Positions 37,508-46,970 of a stretch of DNA of 64,000 nucleotides are shown here, in pieces (within the stretch, counting starts at the first letter, position 1; each line of letters begins with the position of its first letter). A program made the position numbers and the translations under genes. The DNA comes from Thermoplasmata archaeon (GTDB lineage Archaea > Thermoplasmatota > Thermoplasmata > GCA-020350865). The notes under the pieces are model-generated. The model was not told the DNA's origin. It made no database searches and saw only the letters and a program-made list of their open reading frames with translations. Location: contig CP070751.1 of assembly GCA_020348445.1 (NCBI GenBank), positions 407,772 through 471,771 of the forward strand, read 5' to 3'.

Positions 37508-40090
37508 TCAACTCAAAGTAATATCAATCATCACATCCACAGCTCCGCCGTCATCGTCAGTCACAGTCAATTTGAAAGTATAACTTCCAGCTATTGAGTA
37601 TGTATGGGTTCTTGCATCAGTTGCTGTGAAAGGGTATGTCCCCCATGGACTTTGTATTGGATCAGGATTCGAACCATCGTTGTAAACAGTGTGAATATCA
37701 ATCCCTCCAACCCCAAAATCCCAGGAGAATGTAAGATCGTCAGTACCTTGATCTGATGCTGTTGCTTCGTATGTTATCTCATGATCCACGAAGTATTGAT
37801 TTGCACCGAAACTCCATTCCCAGGTCTCAGGGTGCTTGACATTGCAGGTGTGATGCAGACGTTCATCTTTCCCGTCTTCAAAGTCAATGATCACCCAAAC
37901 TGGAGTTGCTCCGTTCGGCTGGCCATTAATAGGATCGTCCTTGGGTGTGTATAATACTGTTATTTTTATGTATTGTGTCACATCGCATTTTATGTTATAA
38001 ATAGTCTCACTCTGGTCGTCTGGACTTCCTGGATATCTCGTAACTTCTGTATTTCCAATTATTGCATCATTTGCGTAAATGACCATCTCTACGTTGTGCC
38101 ATTTTTCCCCTGCTGCCCGAAGTGTGAAGTCGACAAGGATATAGGCCTCTACCTTCTCAATAGTGGGAGCTACATTATCCACAATGACATATGTGATGTA
38201 TTCTGCAACTGCACCATCATCATCAGTCACAGTGAGGGTTACTGAGTAATTACCATTGTCACCATATTCATGGGAAACCGAGTCTGTTGCAATAAATGGG
38301 TAGGTTCCTCCAATGGCACTTGGGTAGGGATCGGGGCTCGCTCCATCATTAAAGAAAATATTTGTTATGGTGGGTCCATATTCAAATTCCCATTTGAAAG
38401 TCAGATCATCACTTCCCGGGTCTGTAGAATCTGTGGTAATATCCACAAGATAGGGTTCGTTTCCGAAGAATGGGCCGAACTTTATGATCGTTGGCGCCAC
38501 ATTGTAGACTGAGACTGTTGTATTTTCGGAATCTGTAAAAACACCATCTGTTACCTCCAAAATTACATCTCCGAAATAATTATCGCTCCATGTATAATTT
38601 TCAAAAGGACTTGAAGACCAATTTGTGTCCCAAATCCCATCGTTATCGAAGTCCCATCTGTACTGCAAGGGATCTCCATCAGGGTCATATGAAAGGGAAG
38701 CATCAAAAGATATTGCTGATCCCTCAAATCCACTATATGGGCCATTTGCATTTGCTACAGGTTGTTTAAAGAGCCAACCGTTTGGATATATAAATGGATA
38801 AAAGTCATAATCAGTGGTTGGATGCGGTATCAACGTATCACCGATACCATCTCCTGCTATTGCATGTTTACCAGTTCCACTTCCATTATCTACACCAGTA
38901 TAATTAGACCAATAGTTACCCTCTAATAATCCAGGGTGGTGCCAAAAATTGGCATATGGATTATAATCCTCGGCTTGAATGGTATTATCAATAATATTGT
39001 TGTGATAAATGGTGTTGTTGGATGATCTTATAATATAAAAGCCGTAATCGTAATCCGAAACAGTATTTCCTTTAACGATATTGAGATTAGAAGATTGGTA
39101 AAGACCTATACCCAGCCAGCACGAGTATTTCGAACCTGATAGGATGTTATCTTCGATAATGTTGTATGAAGATCCCCAAAGGTTAAGGGCCCATCGACCA
39201 TTGGAAGATAAATTGTTGTTTATTATTCTGTTGTTTGATGAACTACGAAGGCCGAGTCCATCTATACCACTTGCATCGTTGTTTGTTATGGTATTATTTG
39301 AGGAGTGGGAAAGTGAGATACCGACCTCATTTCTTAAAAAGTTGCTCGTTACATTGTTCCCACTGGAATACGAGAGAACGATACCAAATCCCTTATTTGA
39401 TATGGCGTTGGTACCTGTGACGTGATTCCCACGGGAATCATTAAGTAAGATACCAATCCATTCATTCGATGATGCCAAGTTATTGACTATTAGGTTGTTA
39501 TCTGACGAGTACAGAGATAATCCATTACCTTGATATGAGCCGTAAATTCCATTGTTTGATAAATTATTATTTGTTATTTTGTTGTTAGAAGATGACCAAA
39601 GAAAGATACCATCTGCACCGTTTCTGAAGACCTTATTACCCTCTATTTTGTTGTTTGAAGAATAGAGTGTGATACCATTAGATCCATTGAATACAGAAAA
39701 ACCTGTTACATTCACTGAATTTGCTTTAATGAAGACAACATTCCCAGCTCCACCACCATCTATGATGGTTGTTTCCCTATCCTCACCTTCCATGTTTAGA
39801 GCCTTATCTATTTCCACATTTTCATAATATTTGCCTGCATATACATGCACTGTCCCCCCTCCTGCAACAGCATCCACACCATCTTGAATAATATCAAAAT
39901 GGTCTACTCCCCAACCTGGAGTTGACGGATTAAAGTCATCATCAACCCATACTTCTGTGGGTGAACTTGTGGGATTGTTTATTAGGTCCATTCCATCTCC
40001 GGAATTTATCGATGCAGCTAATGCAAAAACGCTAATCATAATCATTAGACACAACCATATACATAACACCCTTGGTTTCATGTATTTCAT
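37508..40090 (-). CDS. Secreted NosD/CASH beta-helix protein with PKD domains and an unknown inserted domain
   Basis: Signal peptide; VWVDDD...IQDGVDAV..GGTVHV..G.Y.ENV; many SSNN.I..N repeats; NYWS.Y.G.D..GDGIGD; PKD Y.WDFD.DG. Confidence 0.85.
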   Translation of the reverse strand: MKYMKPRVLCIWLCLMIMISVFALAASINSGDGMDLINNPTSSPTEVWVDDDFNPSTPGWGVDHFDIIQDGVDAVAGGGTVHVYAGKYYENVEIDKALNMEGEDRETTIIDGGGAGNVVFIKANSVNVTGFSVFNGSNGITLYSSNNKIEGNKVFRNGADGIFLWSSSNNKITNNNLSNNGIYGSYQGNGLSLYSSDNNLIVNNLASSNEWIGILLNDSRGNHVTGTNAISNKGFGIVLSYSSGNNVTSNFLRNEVGISLSHSSNNTITNNDASGIDGLGLRSSSNNRIINNNLSSNGRWALNLWGSSYNIIEDNILSGSKYSCWLGIGLYQSSNLNIVKGNTVSDYDYGFYIIRSSNNTIYHNNIIDNTIQAEDYNPYANFWHHPGLLEGNYWSNYTGVDNGSGTGKHAIAGDGIGDTLIPHPTTDYDFYPFIYPNGWLFKQPVANANGPYSGFEGSAISFDASLSYDPDGDPLQYRWDFDNDGIWDTNWSSSPFENYTWSDNYFGDVILEVTDGVFTDSENTTVSVYNVAPTIIKFGPFFGNEPYLVDITTDSTDPGSDDLTFKWEFEYGPTITNIFFNDGASPDPYPSAIGGTYPFIATDSVSHEYGDNGNYSVTLTVTDDDGAVAEYITYVIVDNVAPTIEKVEAYILVDFTLRAAGEKWHNVEMVIYANDAIIGNTEVTRYPGSPDDQSETIYNIKCDVTQYIKITVLYTPKDDPINGQPNGATPVWVIIDFEDGKDERLHHTCNVKHPETWEWSFGANQYFVDHEITYEATASDQGTDDLTFSWDFGVGGIDIHTVYNDGSNPDPIQSPWGTYPFTATDARTHTYSIAGSYTFKLTVTDDDGGAVDVMIDITLS

Positions 40091-40336
40091 TCTCCCTTAT
40101 TTTTTTATTTTATGGTTCAGCCAAAGGAACGGTCAATAAAAGACGATAATACCCTCTACCCTAGTTCAAGGCTTTCGAAATACGAGCCCTCGTCTTCTCT
40201 TTCCACCCTTTTCCAAGGCCTCCCTCCAGTTGAGCATGAATCGGTTTCTGGATATAAAATTCTTTGCATTTTATTATATTATTTTGTTATAAAATTCAAT
40301 ATCTATTAACCTTTAATTATATCAATTGGAAACGAA

Positions 40337-41212
40337 TTAAAATATTAGATGGTTTAAGATGCCCGCCTTTTCCTTATTCAGTTTGGTGCAAATGACTTCC
40401 TCTCTCCCTCCGATTGCCGAGATAATATCCTCCCTCTTCTCAACCTCAGCCAAAATCACAGTTGCCGGCCCTGTCCCAGAAATCCCAGCAGTCACAGCAC
40501 CAGCCTCAATCGCCTTCTTCGCAACTTCTGTATCCAATCCCATGGCCTCTCCATAAGCCATGCCGTTCATTCGAATCGCGGATATGTAATCACCTTTCAT
40601 TGCCAGGTCATGGGCCTCAGCCAGAGTCCCCCTGATCCTCTTCAGTCTTTGAATATCCACCTCGGATTTCCTGATCTTCATCTTGGGAACATGGATTATA
40701 ACCTCATAGTCCTCATCAAAGGGATACTGGTTCAATATCTCCCTTATGATATTATCCGTGACCACCACATTACCAAAATAAGTAGCGCAAGCATCGTCGA
40801 AAGCTCCCGTGAGTGTGACCTTGGCCAAAAGGGAAGCATTGATCCCCATATTGATTACTTCCATATCAGAATATTCCTTTCCAAGAGCCGCAAATGCCGC
40901 AAGCACGATGGCATTGGAAGCCGCACTCGAGCTTTTCAGTCCCCTCGATATAGGGATATCAGAAGTTGTGATTATCCTGGCTCCGTATTCTAATTCCAAT
41001 TCAAATTTTTTCAGAACCTCCAAGACACAATGCTTTGCTAGGTCTGTATTTTCGCCTTCGTCCCCCCGAATCTCCACCTCGAAAATACCAGGCTCATTTG
41101 TAAGTTCCACTTTCGCCTCGGTCTTTAGTGCGACTCCAAAGGCCCCACCTTTACCCAAAGCAATGCCGTTTATTATGGTAGCAGCACCGTGACAGTACGC
41201 ACTAGCTTCCAA
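40337..41212 (-). CDS. aroK: Archaeal (GHMP-type) shikimate kinase, TTG start
   Basis: GA.TI.N.IA.G.G.A.G, IP...GLKSSSA, TGAFDDA.A and GISGTGP. Confidence 0.92.
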   Translation of the reverse strand: MEASAYCHGAATIINGIALGKGGAFGVALKTEAKVELTNEPGIFEVEIRGDEGENTDLAKHCVLEVLKKFELELEYGARIITTSDIPISRGLKSSSAASNAIVLAAFAALGKEYSDMEVINMGINASLLAKVTLTGAFDDACATYFGNVVVTDNIIREILNQYPFDEDYEVIIHVPKMKIRKSEVDIQRLKRIRGTLAEAHDLAMKGDYISAIRMNGMAYGEAMGLDTEVAKKAIEAGAVTAGISGTGPATVILAEVEKREDIISAIGGREEVICTKLNKEKAGILNHLIF

Positions 41213-41224
41213 TACTTTTCCTCC

Positions 41225-42085
41225 TTATTTTTCAGTATCCAGTGCATCAAGAACCACTTTTTGCATAACATCGATAGGAGCAGATTCGCAAGTCCACTTC
41301 TCAAAGGCCATTACACCCTGATAAATGAACATCTCATAACCATATATCACCTTAGCCCCGCTCTTTTGGGCTGCCAAAACAAGTTCAGTATTTTTAGGTG
41401 AATAGACCATGTCAAATACGATTATGTCCTTTCTCAGTAGCTCTGGTGATATAGGACTGCCTTGAGGACCTCCTTTCATTCCCACAGGCGTGCAGTTTAT
41501 GATCATGTCAACATCTTCGATTATCTCCTCGATATCATCCAAAATGTTCACTTTGATTGTACCTTGGGATTTGAACTTTGTTGCCAATTCCCTTGCCCTT
41601 TCAAAGGTTCGGTTCGCAATGACTACATCCTTTCCCATCCTGGCCAAAGGCAATGCAATTGCCCTTGCAGCACCCCCGGCACCGAGAATCAATATTGTCA
41701 TGTGATGCTCAAGATCTATTTTATTTCTTCTAATTGCCTCGACTGCAGCAGGTGAATCTGTGTTGTAACCCGTGAGCTTTCCTTCATCATTTACGATGGT
41801 GTTCACTGCCCCAAGATCCTCTGCCAATTCATCCACATCATCCAGATGCTCCATGACCTTGATTTTAAAGGGGAGGGTCACAGAAAGTCCCCGAAAATTC
41901 CTTTTCTTAAGGTTTTTCATGGTATTGGCAAGTTCGCTTTCCTCGATTTCAAAGGAATCGTAAACGTAATCAAGACCTAACTTTTTAAATGCGGCATTAT
42001 GCATTTTCGGGGAGAGAGTGTGTTTTAAAGGTTTGCCTATTATTCCGCATATGCGTTTTTTGGAATTACTATCATTGCGTTTCAT
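41225..42085 (-). CDS. aroE: Shikimate dehydrogenase
   Basis: HTLSP.MHN, G.SVT.PFK, AVNT, GYNTD, LGAGGAARA, NRT, IN.TP.GM and DMVY.P. Confidence 0.95.
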   Translation of the reverse strand: MKRNDSNSKKRICGIIGKPLKHTLSPKMHNAAFKKLGLDYVYDSFEIEESELANTMKNLKKRNFRGLSVTLPFKIKVMEHLDDVDELAEDLGAVNTIVNDEGKLTGYNTDSPAAVEAIRRNKIDLEHHMTILILGAGGAARAIALPLARMGKDVVIANRTFERARELATKFKSQGTIKVNILDDIEEIIEDVDMIINCTPVGMKGGPQGSPISPELLRKDIIVFDMVYSPKNTELVLAAQKSGAKVIYGYEMFIYQGVMAFEKWTCESAPIDVMQKVVLDALDTEK

Positions 42086-42115
42086 GTTGTTTCACCTGAG
42101 ATCTCCCACCTCAAT

Positions 42116-42823
42116 TCATAGGTTTTCAAGGGCATCCCATAATTCCAAAAGCGTCCTTATATCAACCTGCCCGTCTTCCACCTTCTTCTCGGGGTCCACT
42201 GCGGCATATACCATCTCACATCCAATTAACGGGGCCAAAACCCTTGTAAATTGCCCATAGGACCCCATTCCCATGACAGTGTATTTGTGATTCAAATCCT
42301 TGGCTGTTTTTCCACCCTTGGTCACATTTAGCACATCTTCGAAATTGTTGCTAGTTAAAACCACCTTGGCTATATCCCCTTCAGTTTCCTTGCATTGTTT
42401 TATCAGGGCAAAAATCTCGGACCATGACGGTGTCTTAAAAAAATCATGATAGGAGATAATGGTTTTTATTTCCTCTTTTTTGGCCAAGGCAATCAACGGA
42501 TCCCTCAAATTCCCCTCCATTTTCAATTCCAAATCAATGTAATCAAAGCCTGTCGTTATCGCCTCTTCAAGCAAAGCTGTCCTTTTCTCCTCATCCTCCT
42601 TGTAATCGCCGCCATCCCAATAGGGGCGGATCGTTAAAATTAGGGGCAAGCCAGTGTCCTTCTTTATTTCAGATAATCGGTTCAATATAGAAGAAGAAAT
42701 TGGCTCTTTTAACTTATCCAGTCTCAGCTCAATTAGATTTGCACCAAGGGATTTGCATAAATCAGCTTGTGAGACTAAATCAGTTACGCTTTGTTCAGCC
42801 AATGAAACACATACCAAAGTCAT
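42116..42823 (-). CDS. aroD: Type I 3-dehydroquinate dehydratase (start reassigned to 42823)
   Basis: IELRLD, LTIR...DGG, YIDLE, ISYHDF..TP, KVV and MG..G..TRV. The longer ORF-track start overlaps the upstream gene. Confidence 0.9.
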   Translation of the reverse strand: MTLVCVSLAEQSVTDLVSQADLCKSLGANLIELRLDKLKEPISSSILNRLSEIKKDTGLPLILTIRPYWDGGDYKEDEEKRTALLEEAITTGFDYIDLELKMEGNLRDPLIALAKKEEIKTIISYHDFFKTPSWSEIFALIKQCKETEGDIAKVVLTSNNFEDVLNVTKGGKTAKDLNHKYTVMGMGSYGQFTRVLAPLIGCEMVYAAVDPEKKVEDGQVDIRTLLELWDALENL

Positions 42824-42836
42824 GCTCTCACGTTTT

Positions 42837-43877
42837 TTATTTCTCTTGGATGCTCTCATCCACCTTCGTCCCGAAATGCCTTCCCTTATCATCCATCCAT
42901 ACAAGTACAGAGTCGCCTTCATTCAGATCCACTATGGAAACAGGCTTTTCTTGGGAAATCAATCGTATAGTCTCGGCATTCTGGAGTATTATATTGAACG
43001 TTCTGCCTTCATATTCAGCTTCCAGGAAAACCATGGGCCTTTTCTCGATCTTCACCCTTCCGAGAATCACAGGCCTTGTGCTTCCCTGGCTGTCAATGAC
43101 AAGGACCTCGTCCCCGGACTTTAAATCGGACAGGTACTTTGTCTTTTCATTGGGGGCTAGAATATAAGAGTGAACAGGTCCAGCATTGACCCTAAAGGGC
43201 CTTGTGTCCGCAAACTCTGATTCAACAGATTCTGAGTGGACCAGGAACATGCCATTGGACTGCGAGCCTATTAGCATACCCTCGCCAACGTTCAACATAG
43301 AACACGTATCAATGCAGACCCTGTCCCCCATTCCCAGGGGTTTTAACTTGGTAATCCTGGCAGATACAAGGGAAAGGGAGCCTTTTTCAAATTCATCCAT
43401 AAATCTCCGAAGGTTGTTTATCCTATTAAAATCCACGGTAGATAAAACAACACCATCCACTCCAACCTCCAAAGTCTCGAAAAACAATTTTGCATCCTCT
43501 ACATTATTCACCTTAACAAGGAGTTTGGATTTCGAATTTTGAAATGCGGCAATAAGGTTTTCAACTGGTATAACCTTCCAGTTTTCGGCAGAAACAAGAA
43601 CATAATCCATCTTCCCTTCCAGGGCTTTGGCCCTCTCCTCATCGGTTTTATCTTGGATCTCGATGTGTTCCCCCTGTCCATCATCCATCTTGATTTTCCC
43701 CTCTGAAAGAGAAATCAAATTGAACTTTCCCAGTTTTTGGAATATCTCCTGATCCTCCTCTCTCACAATTATATCTGTGAAATTGTTTATCAGTGCAGTT
43801 ATGGCTATTTTCTTTCTAATTTCCTGCTTTTTGTGAACGTCCGAGTCTATCCATATGATTTTTTTCAACGTTTTCAC
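42837..43877 (-). CDS. aroB': 3-dehydroquinate synthase II (AroB'), GTG start
   Basis: W.VIP.ENLIA, LE.GVDGV, G.GDRVCIDTC, GMLIGS, RPFRVNAG.VHSY, VKIE.RP and LQNAETIRL. Confidence 0.95.
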   Translation of the reverse strand: MKTLKKIIWIDSDVHKKQEIRKKIAITALINNFTDIIVREEDQEIFQKLGKFNLISLSEGKIKMDDGQGEHIEIQDKTDEERAKALEGKMDYVLVSAENWKVIPVENLIAAFQNSKSKLLVKVNNVEDAKLFFETLEVGVDGVVLSTVDFNRINNLRRFMDEFEKGSLSLVSARITKLKPLGMGDRVCIDTCSMLNVGEGMLIGSQSNGMFLVHSESVESEFADTRPFRVNAGPVHSYILAPNEKTKYLSDLKSGDEVLVIDSQGSTRPVILGRVKIEKRPMVFLEAEYEGRTFNIILQNAETIRLISQEKPVSIVDLNEGDSVLVWMDDKGRHFGTKVDESIQEK

Positions 43878-44674
43878 CCTGTGATTTCCTTGTATGCATC
43901 ATCAACTTCGGCGTCCTGGCAGATGATTTTCACCAATGCCCGGGTCATTCCAATTATATTGTCATGCTGAAATATGTTCCTGCCAATGGAGATACCAGCG
44001 GCCCCTGCCTTGATTGCGTCGTGTACCATGGTAAGCACATCCATGTCAGAGTCGGTCTTGGGTCCCCCGGCAATGATAACAGGAACAGGGCATCCTGAGA
44101 TGACCTCCTTGAAGGTATCAATACTTCCCGTGTAATTTGTCTTAATCACATCAGCACCCAACTCAGCACCAAGTCTGGCCACATGTTTTACCAACTCAAC
44201 ATCAAAAGGGTTCTTTACCCCGGGCCCTCTCGGATACATCATTGCCAAAAGGGGAATCTGCCATCTATTGCACTGACCAGATATGAATCCCAGATCCTGC
44301 AGCATCTCAGGTTCTGTCTCTGCTCCCACATTCACGTGAATTGAAACAGTATCTGCACCCATTAATAGAGCCTCCTCCACCTCAGCAACCAATACCTTGG
44401 CATTTGGATCAGGGCTCATTTTAGTACTTGCAGAAAGATGAAGTATGAATCCAATATCAACTTGGGCTTTTTCAAGTCCAAATAAAGCATTGCCTTTATG
44501 AAGAACCACGGCAGTTGCACCCCCTTCTGCCACCTTTTTTATGGTATCCTCCATATCAACGATACCCTTTATAGGGCCTGAAGATACACCGTGATCCATT
44601 GGTACTATCACAAATCGTCCTGTTTTTTTGTCCTGAATCCTTCGCAGACGGATATTCTTTCCAAGGTCTGTCAT
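43874..44674 (-). CDS. aroA': 2-amino-3,7-dideoxy-D-threo-hept-6-ulosonate synthase (AroA')
   Basis: VPMDHG, HKG, HLSAST..SPDPN.K, VS.HVN.G, LAMMYPRG, AELGAD..KT.Y, AGGP and GRNIFQ. Confidence 0.9.
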   Translation of the reverse strand: MTDLGKNIRLRRIQDKKTGRFVIVPMDHGVSSGPIKGIVDMEDTIKKVAEGGATAVVLHKGNALFGLEKAQVDIGFILHLSASTKMSPDPNAKVLVAEVEEALLMGADTVSIHVNVGAETEPEMLQDLGFISGQCNRWQIPLLAMMYPRGPGVKNPFDVELVKHVARLGAELGADVIKTNYTGSIDTFKEVISGCPVPVIIAGGPKTDSDMDVLTMVHDAIKAGAAGISIGRNIFQHDNIIGMTRALVKIICQDAEVDDAYKEITG

Positions 44675-44705
44675 ATTCTATCACCAACCTTCCTGCTAAA
44701 TAAAT

Positions 44706-45641
44706 TCACAGCACTCCCGCAATAAACGAAAGTGTCAAAACAATGGTGAACGTCAAAATATAACCCTTGTGCAATTTTCTTGCCTTCGCTTTTGTATATC
44801 TTTTATATATGGAGCGGCAGAGATTGAAGCATATGAAGTTCCATACAAACACAACTGTTAAAATGAGTATTTGTAGTATGATATGGGTTTGATAGACAGA
44901 AAAATAGGGGATGGCCCAGATAACCAAACCGGGAAAAGAGAACGCAAAAGAAGTGGCAGCGGCAGCCTTGGGCCCGAAACGAACAGGTGTTGTATTTTTT
45001 CCACCTGCTTTGTCATTTTCAAGGTCCCTTAAATCCTTTGCCAGGGTTTCGGCAATGGCCATAAAGAGCATCAAGGCTATAAGGAAGTACAGCCCGTTAA
45101 ATACGTTAACAAGAGCTATGTTCTCATACCGTATAAGATATGCAGCTATCGCAAAATAATAAAGCAGTCCAAATCCCACCCAGAACAGCTGGGAGATTAT
45201 GGGGCGGCCGTCCATCTTAAGTGGCTTCATGGCATATTGATAGGACAGTAATATCAACAAGAAGGCAGAAAGGAATATCAAGATATCGAGGTAGAATGCC
45301 AAAATCAATCCAATAGAATACAATATGATGGCTTGATTCCTGGCAGCTTTCTTTGAAACAACACCAGTGCACAAGGGCCTTTTCTTTCTCGATGCCTCTG
45401 AACTTCTGCAATCTGAATTAAAGTCCCCAAGGTCGTTCATGGTACAGGCTCCTGCATCTGCAATCACGGCAGTCATAATAAATAGTATAAAATGGGGATT
45501 TGGAGCATGTTGGGCAATGATGGCATAAAAACCCATTGAAGCAAAAACATCGAGCCATACAAGTTGCTGCGGCCTAGTTAAAATGAAATGGCCCTTTAGC
45601 TTCTGGCCCAATGTGAACTTCTTTTTTTCCAATTTCTTCAC
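44706..45641 (-). CDS. UbiA-superfamily membrane prenyltransferase, GTG start
   Basis: About 8-9 TM segments; Asp-rich NDLGDFNSD...RP...G and KDLRDLEND...G..TTPV..G; Y...P.K. Confidence 0.88.
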   Translation of the reverse strand: MKKLEKKKFTLGQKLKGHFILTRPQQLVWLDVFASMGFYAIIAQHAPNPHFILFIMTAVIADAGACTMNDLGDFNSDCRSSEASRKKRPLCTGVVSKKAARNQAIILYSIGLILAFYLDILIFLSAFLLILLSYQYAMKPLKMDGRPIISQLFWVGFGLLYYFAIAAYLIRYENIALVNVFNGLYFLIALMLFMAIAETLAKDLRDLENDKAGGKNTTPVRFGPKAAAATSFAFSFPGLVIWAIPYFSVYQTHIILQILILTVVFVWNFICFNLCRSIYKRYTKAKARKLHKGYILTFTIVLTLSFIAGVL

Positions 45642-46960
45642 GCGCCTTCAACTACCTCGGATTTACCAGATACCGCATCAACAACCCTGGAAAGGGGTTT
45701 TCCCGGTCGAATCTCGCTGTAATTGTACAAACTCCCGGGAGGAACCAGCATAACCTCCACGTTCTCCTTTAACACAGATTCGAAGTTGGATTTGATCTCG
45801 TTCTTCAGATTTGGATATTGATCCCTGTCCCTGTGCTCGGCAATTATCTGCGTGCGGCCTTTCATTACCTTGATCTTGTACCAGACACCGTTTAATTTTG
45901 ATTTGTAAAGCATCTCCTCCAGCTCAATTGGGAAGAACTTCTTTTTACCAATTGATAACTCAGTGCGCTTTCGTCCCAGGATCTTCATTGTGGGAAGGGG
46001 AAGACCGCAGGGACACTGGTCCTTTTCTATGATAATCACATCCCCTGTTTCGTACCTGAGAATGGGCATGGCCTCCCGCCATGTTGGGGTGACAACTGAC
46101 TTTGCCCTCTCCCCAGGCGCAGCCTCAGTGCCGTCATCATGATATATCTCAGTGAACATGACAAAGGACGGCAGGTGCAGCACGTTATTTTCGCAGGGTA
46201 TCGCCGCTCCGATTTCGTTTTGTCCAAGAAGTGATAGGAATTTTGCACCGTACAGATCGCCAAGAACCTTTCCCCTGGAATTTGCACAGGGCTCTGCCCC
46301 TGAGACAATCAATTTGATGCCTATGCTTTTTGGATCAACACCCTGGTCCATGAGAATGTTGGCATAGGAGAAGGCATCAGTTGCTGCGGCACCCAAAATC
46401 GTGGGTCTGAGCCTCTTCAGGGCATCAGCCACCTCAAGGGGAGGGTACATGTTGTTTCGTGTACCCATGGGAATTATGGTAACCCCTGCTTTCTGATTTA
46501 TGAGATCGGCAGAACGTCCTGCAAGGGTTCGGGTGTAGGGATAACATAATGCAACCCTATCCTCGGGGGACATTAACTTCTGAAACACAGGAAGGCATAT
46601 TGCTAGGTCAATGGACCTCTCAAGCTCGTCTTTGGTAACCCAGATGGGAACATGTCCTCCTGTTGTACCTGAGGTCTGGGAGTAAATCAGGCATTTTTGC
46701 CCTGGCGTAACTGCCAGCATATCAGTGGGGTCAATTTCCACAAGTTCGGATCTTTTAGTAAGGGGAACCTTTTCCTTGAAATCTTTGATGCTCTTGATAT
46801 CCCTTCCCTTAACGCCAGCAACTGTCAATTTCCTGGAATAGAATTTACTTTTATAGGCGTAGTCCACGGCCTTTTTTAGACGTTTTAAGACCGAGCTCTC
46901 CTTATCTGCCATCTTGATTATACCAGGAAACTTCTGCAACATCTTTGCCTTAAAACCCAT
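45638..46960 (-). CDS. Phenylacetate-CoA-ligase/F390-synthetase-like adenylate-forming enzyme
   Basis: P-loop TSGTTG, GAEP, GQNE.G and MP..RY.TGD...ILGR; PL..R..L N-terminal signature. Confidence 0.85.
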   Translation of the reverse strand: MGFKAKMLQKFPGIIKMADKESSVLKRLKKAVDYAYKSKFYSRKLTVAGVKGRDIKSIKDFKEKVPLTKRSELVEIDPTDMLAVTPGQKCLIYSQTSGTTGGHVPIWVTKDELERSIDLAICLPVFQKLMSPEDRVALCYPYTRTLAGRSADLINQKAGVTIIPMGTRNNMYPPLEVADALKRLRPTILGAAATDAFSYANILMDQGVDPKSIGIKLIVSGAEPCANSRGKVLGDLYGAKFLSLLGQNEIGAAIPCENNVLHLPSFVMFTEIYHDDGTEAAPGERAKSVVTPTWREAMPILRYETGDVIIIEKDQCPCGLPLPTMKILGRKRTELSIGKKKFFPIELEEMLYKSKLNGVWYKIKVMKGRTQIIAEHRDRDQYPNLKNEIKSNFESVLKENVEVMLVPPGSLYNYSEIRPGKPLSRVVDAVSGKSEVVEGA

Positions 46961-46970
46961 AACATACCTC

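Noticed and set aside
37660-37680. GGTTCGAATCC (tRNA T-loop-like) on the minus strand
   Set aside because: It lies inside the 37508-40090 CDS (codons for DGSNPD), and no acceptor, D or anticodon arms can be built.
42824-42922. N-terminal extension of aroD in the ORF track
   Set aside because: It overlaps the 3' end of aroB'; homologous sequence starts at MTLVCVS (42823).
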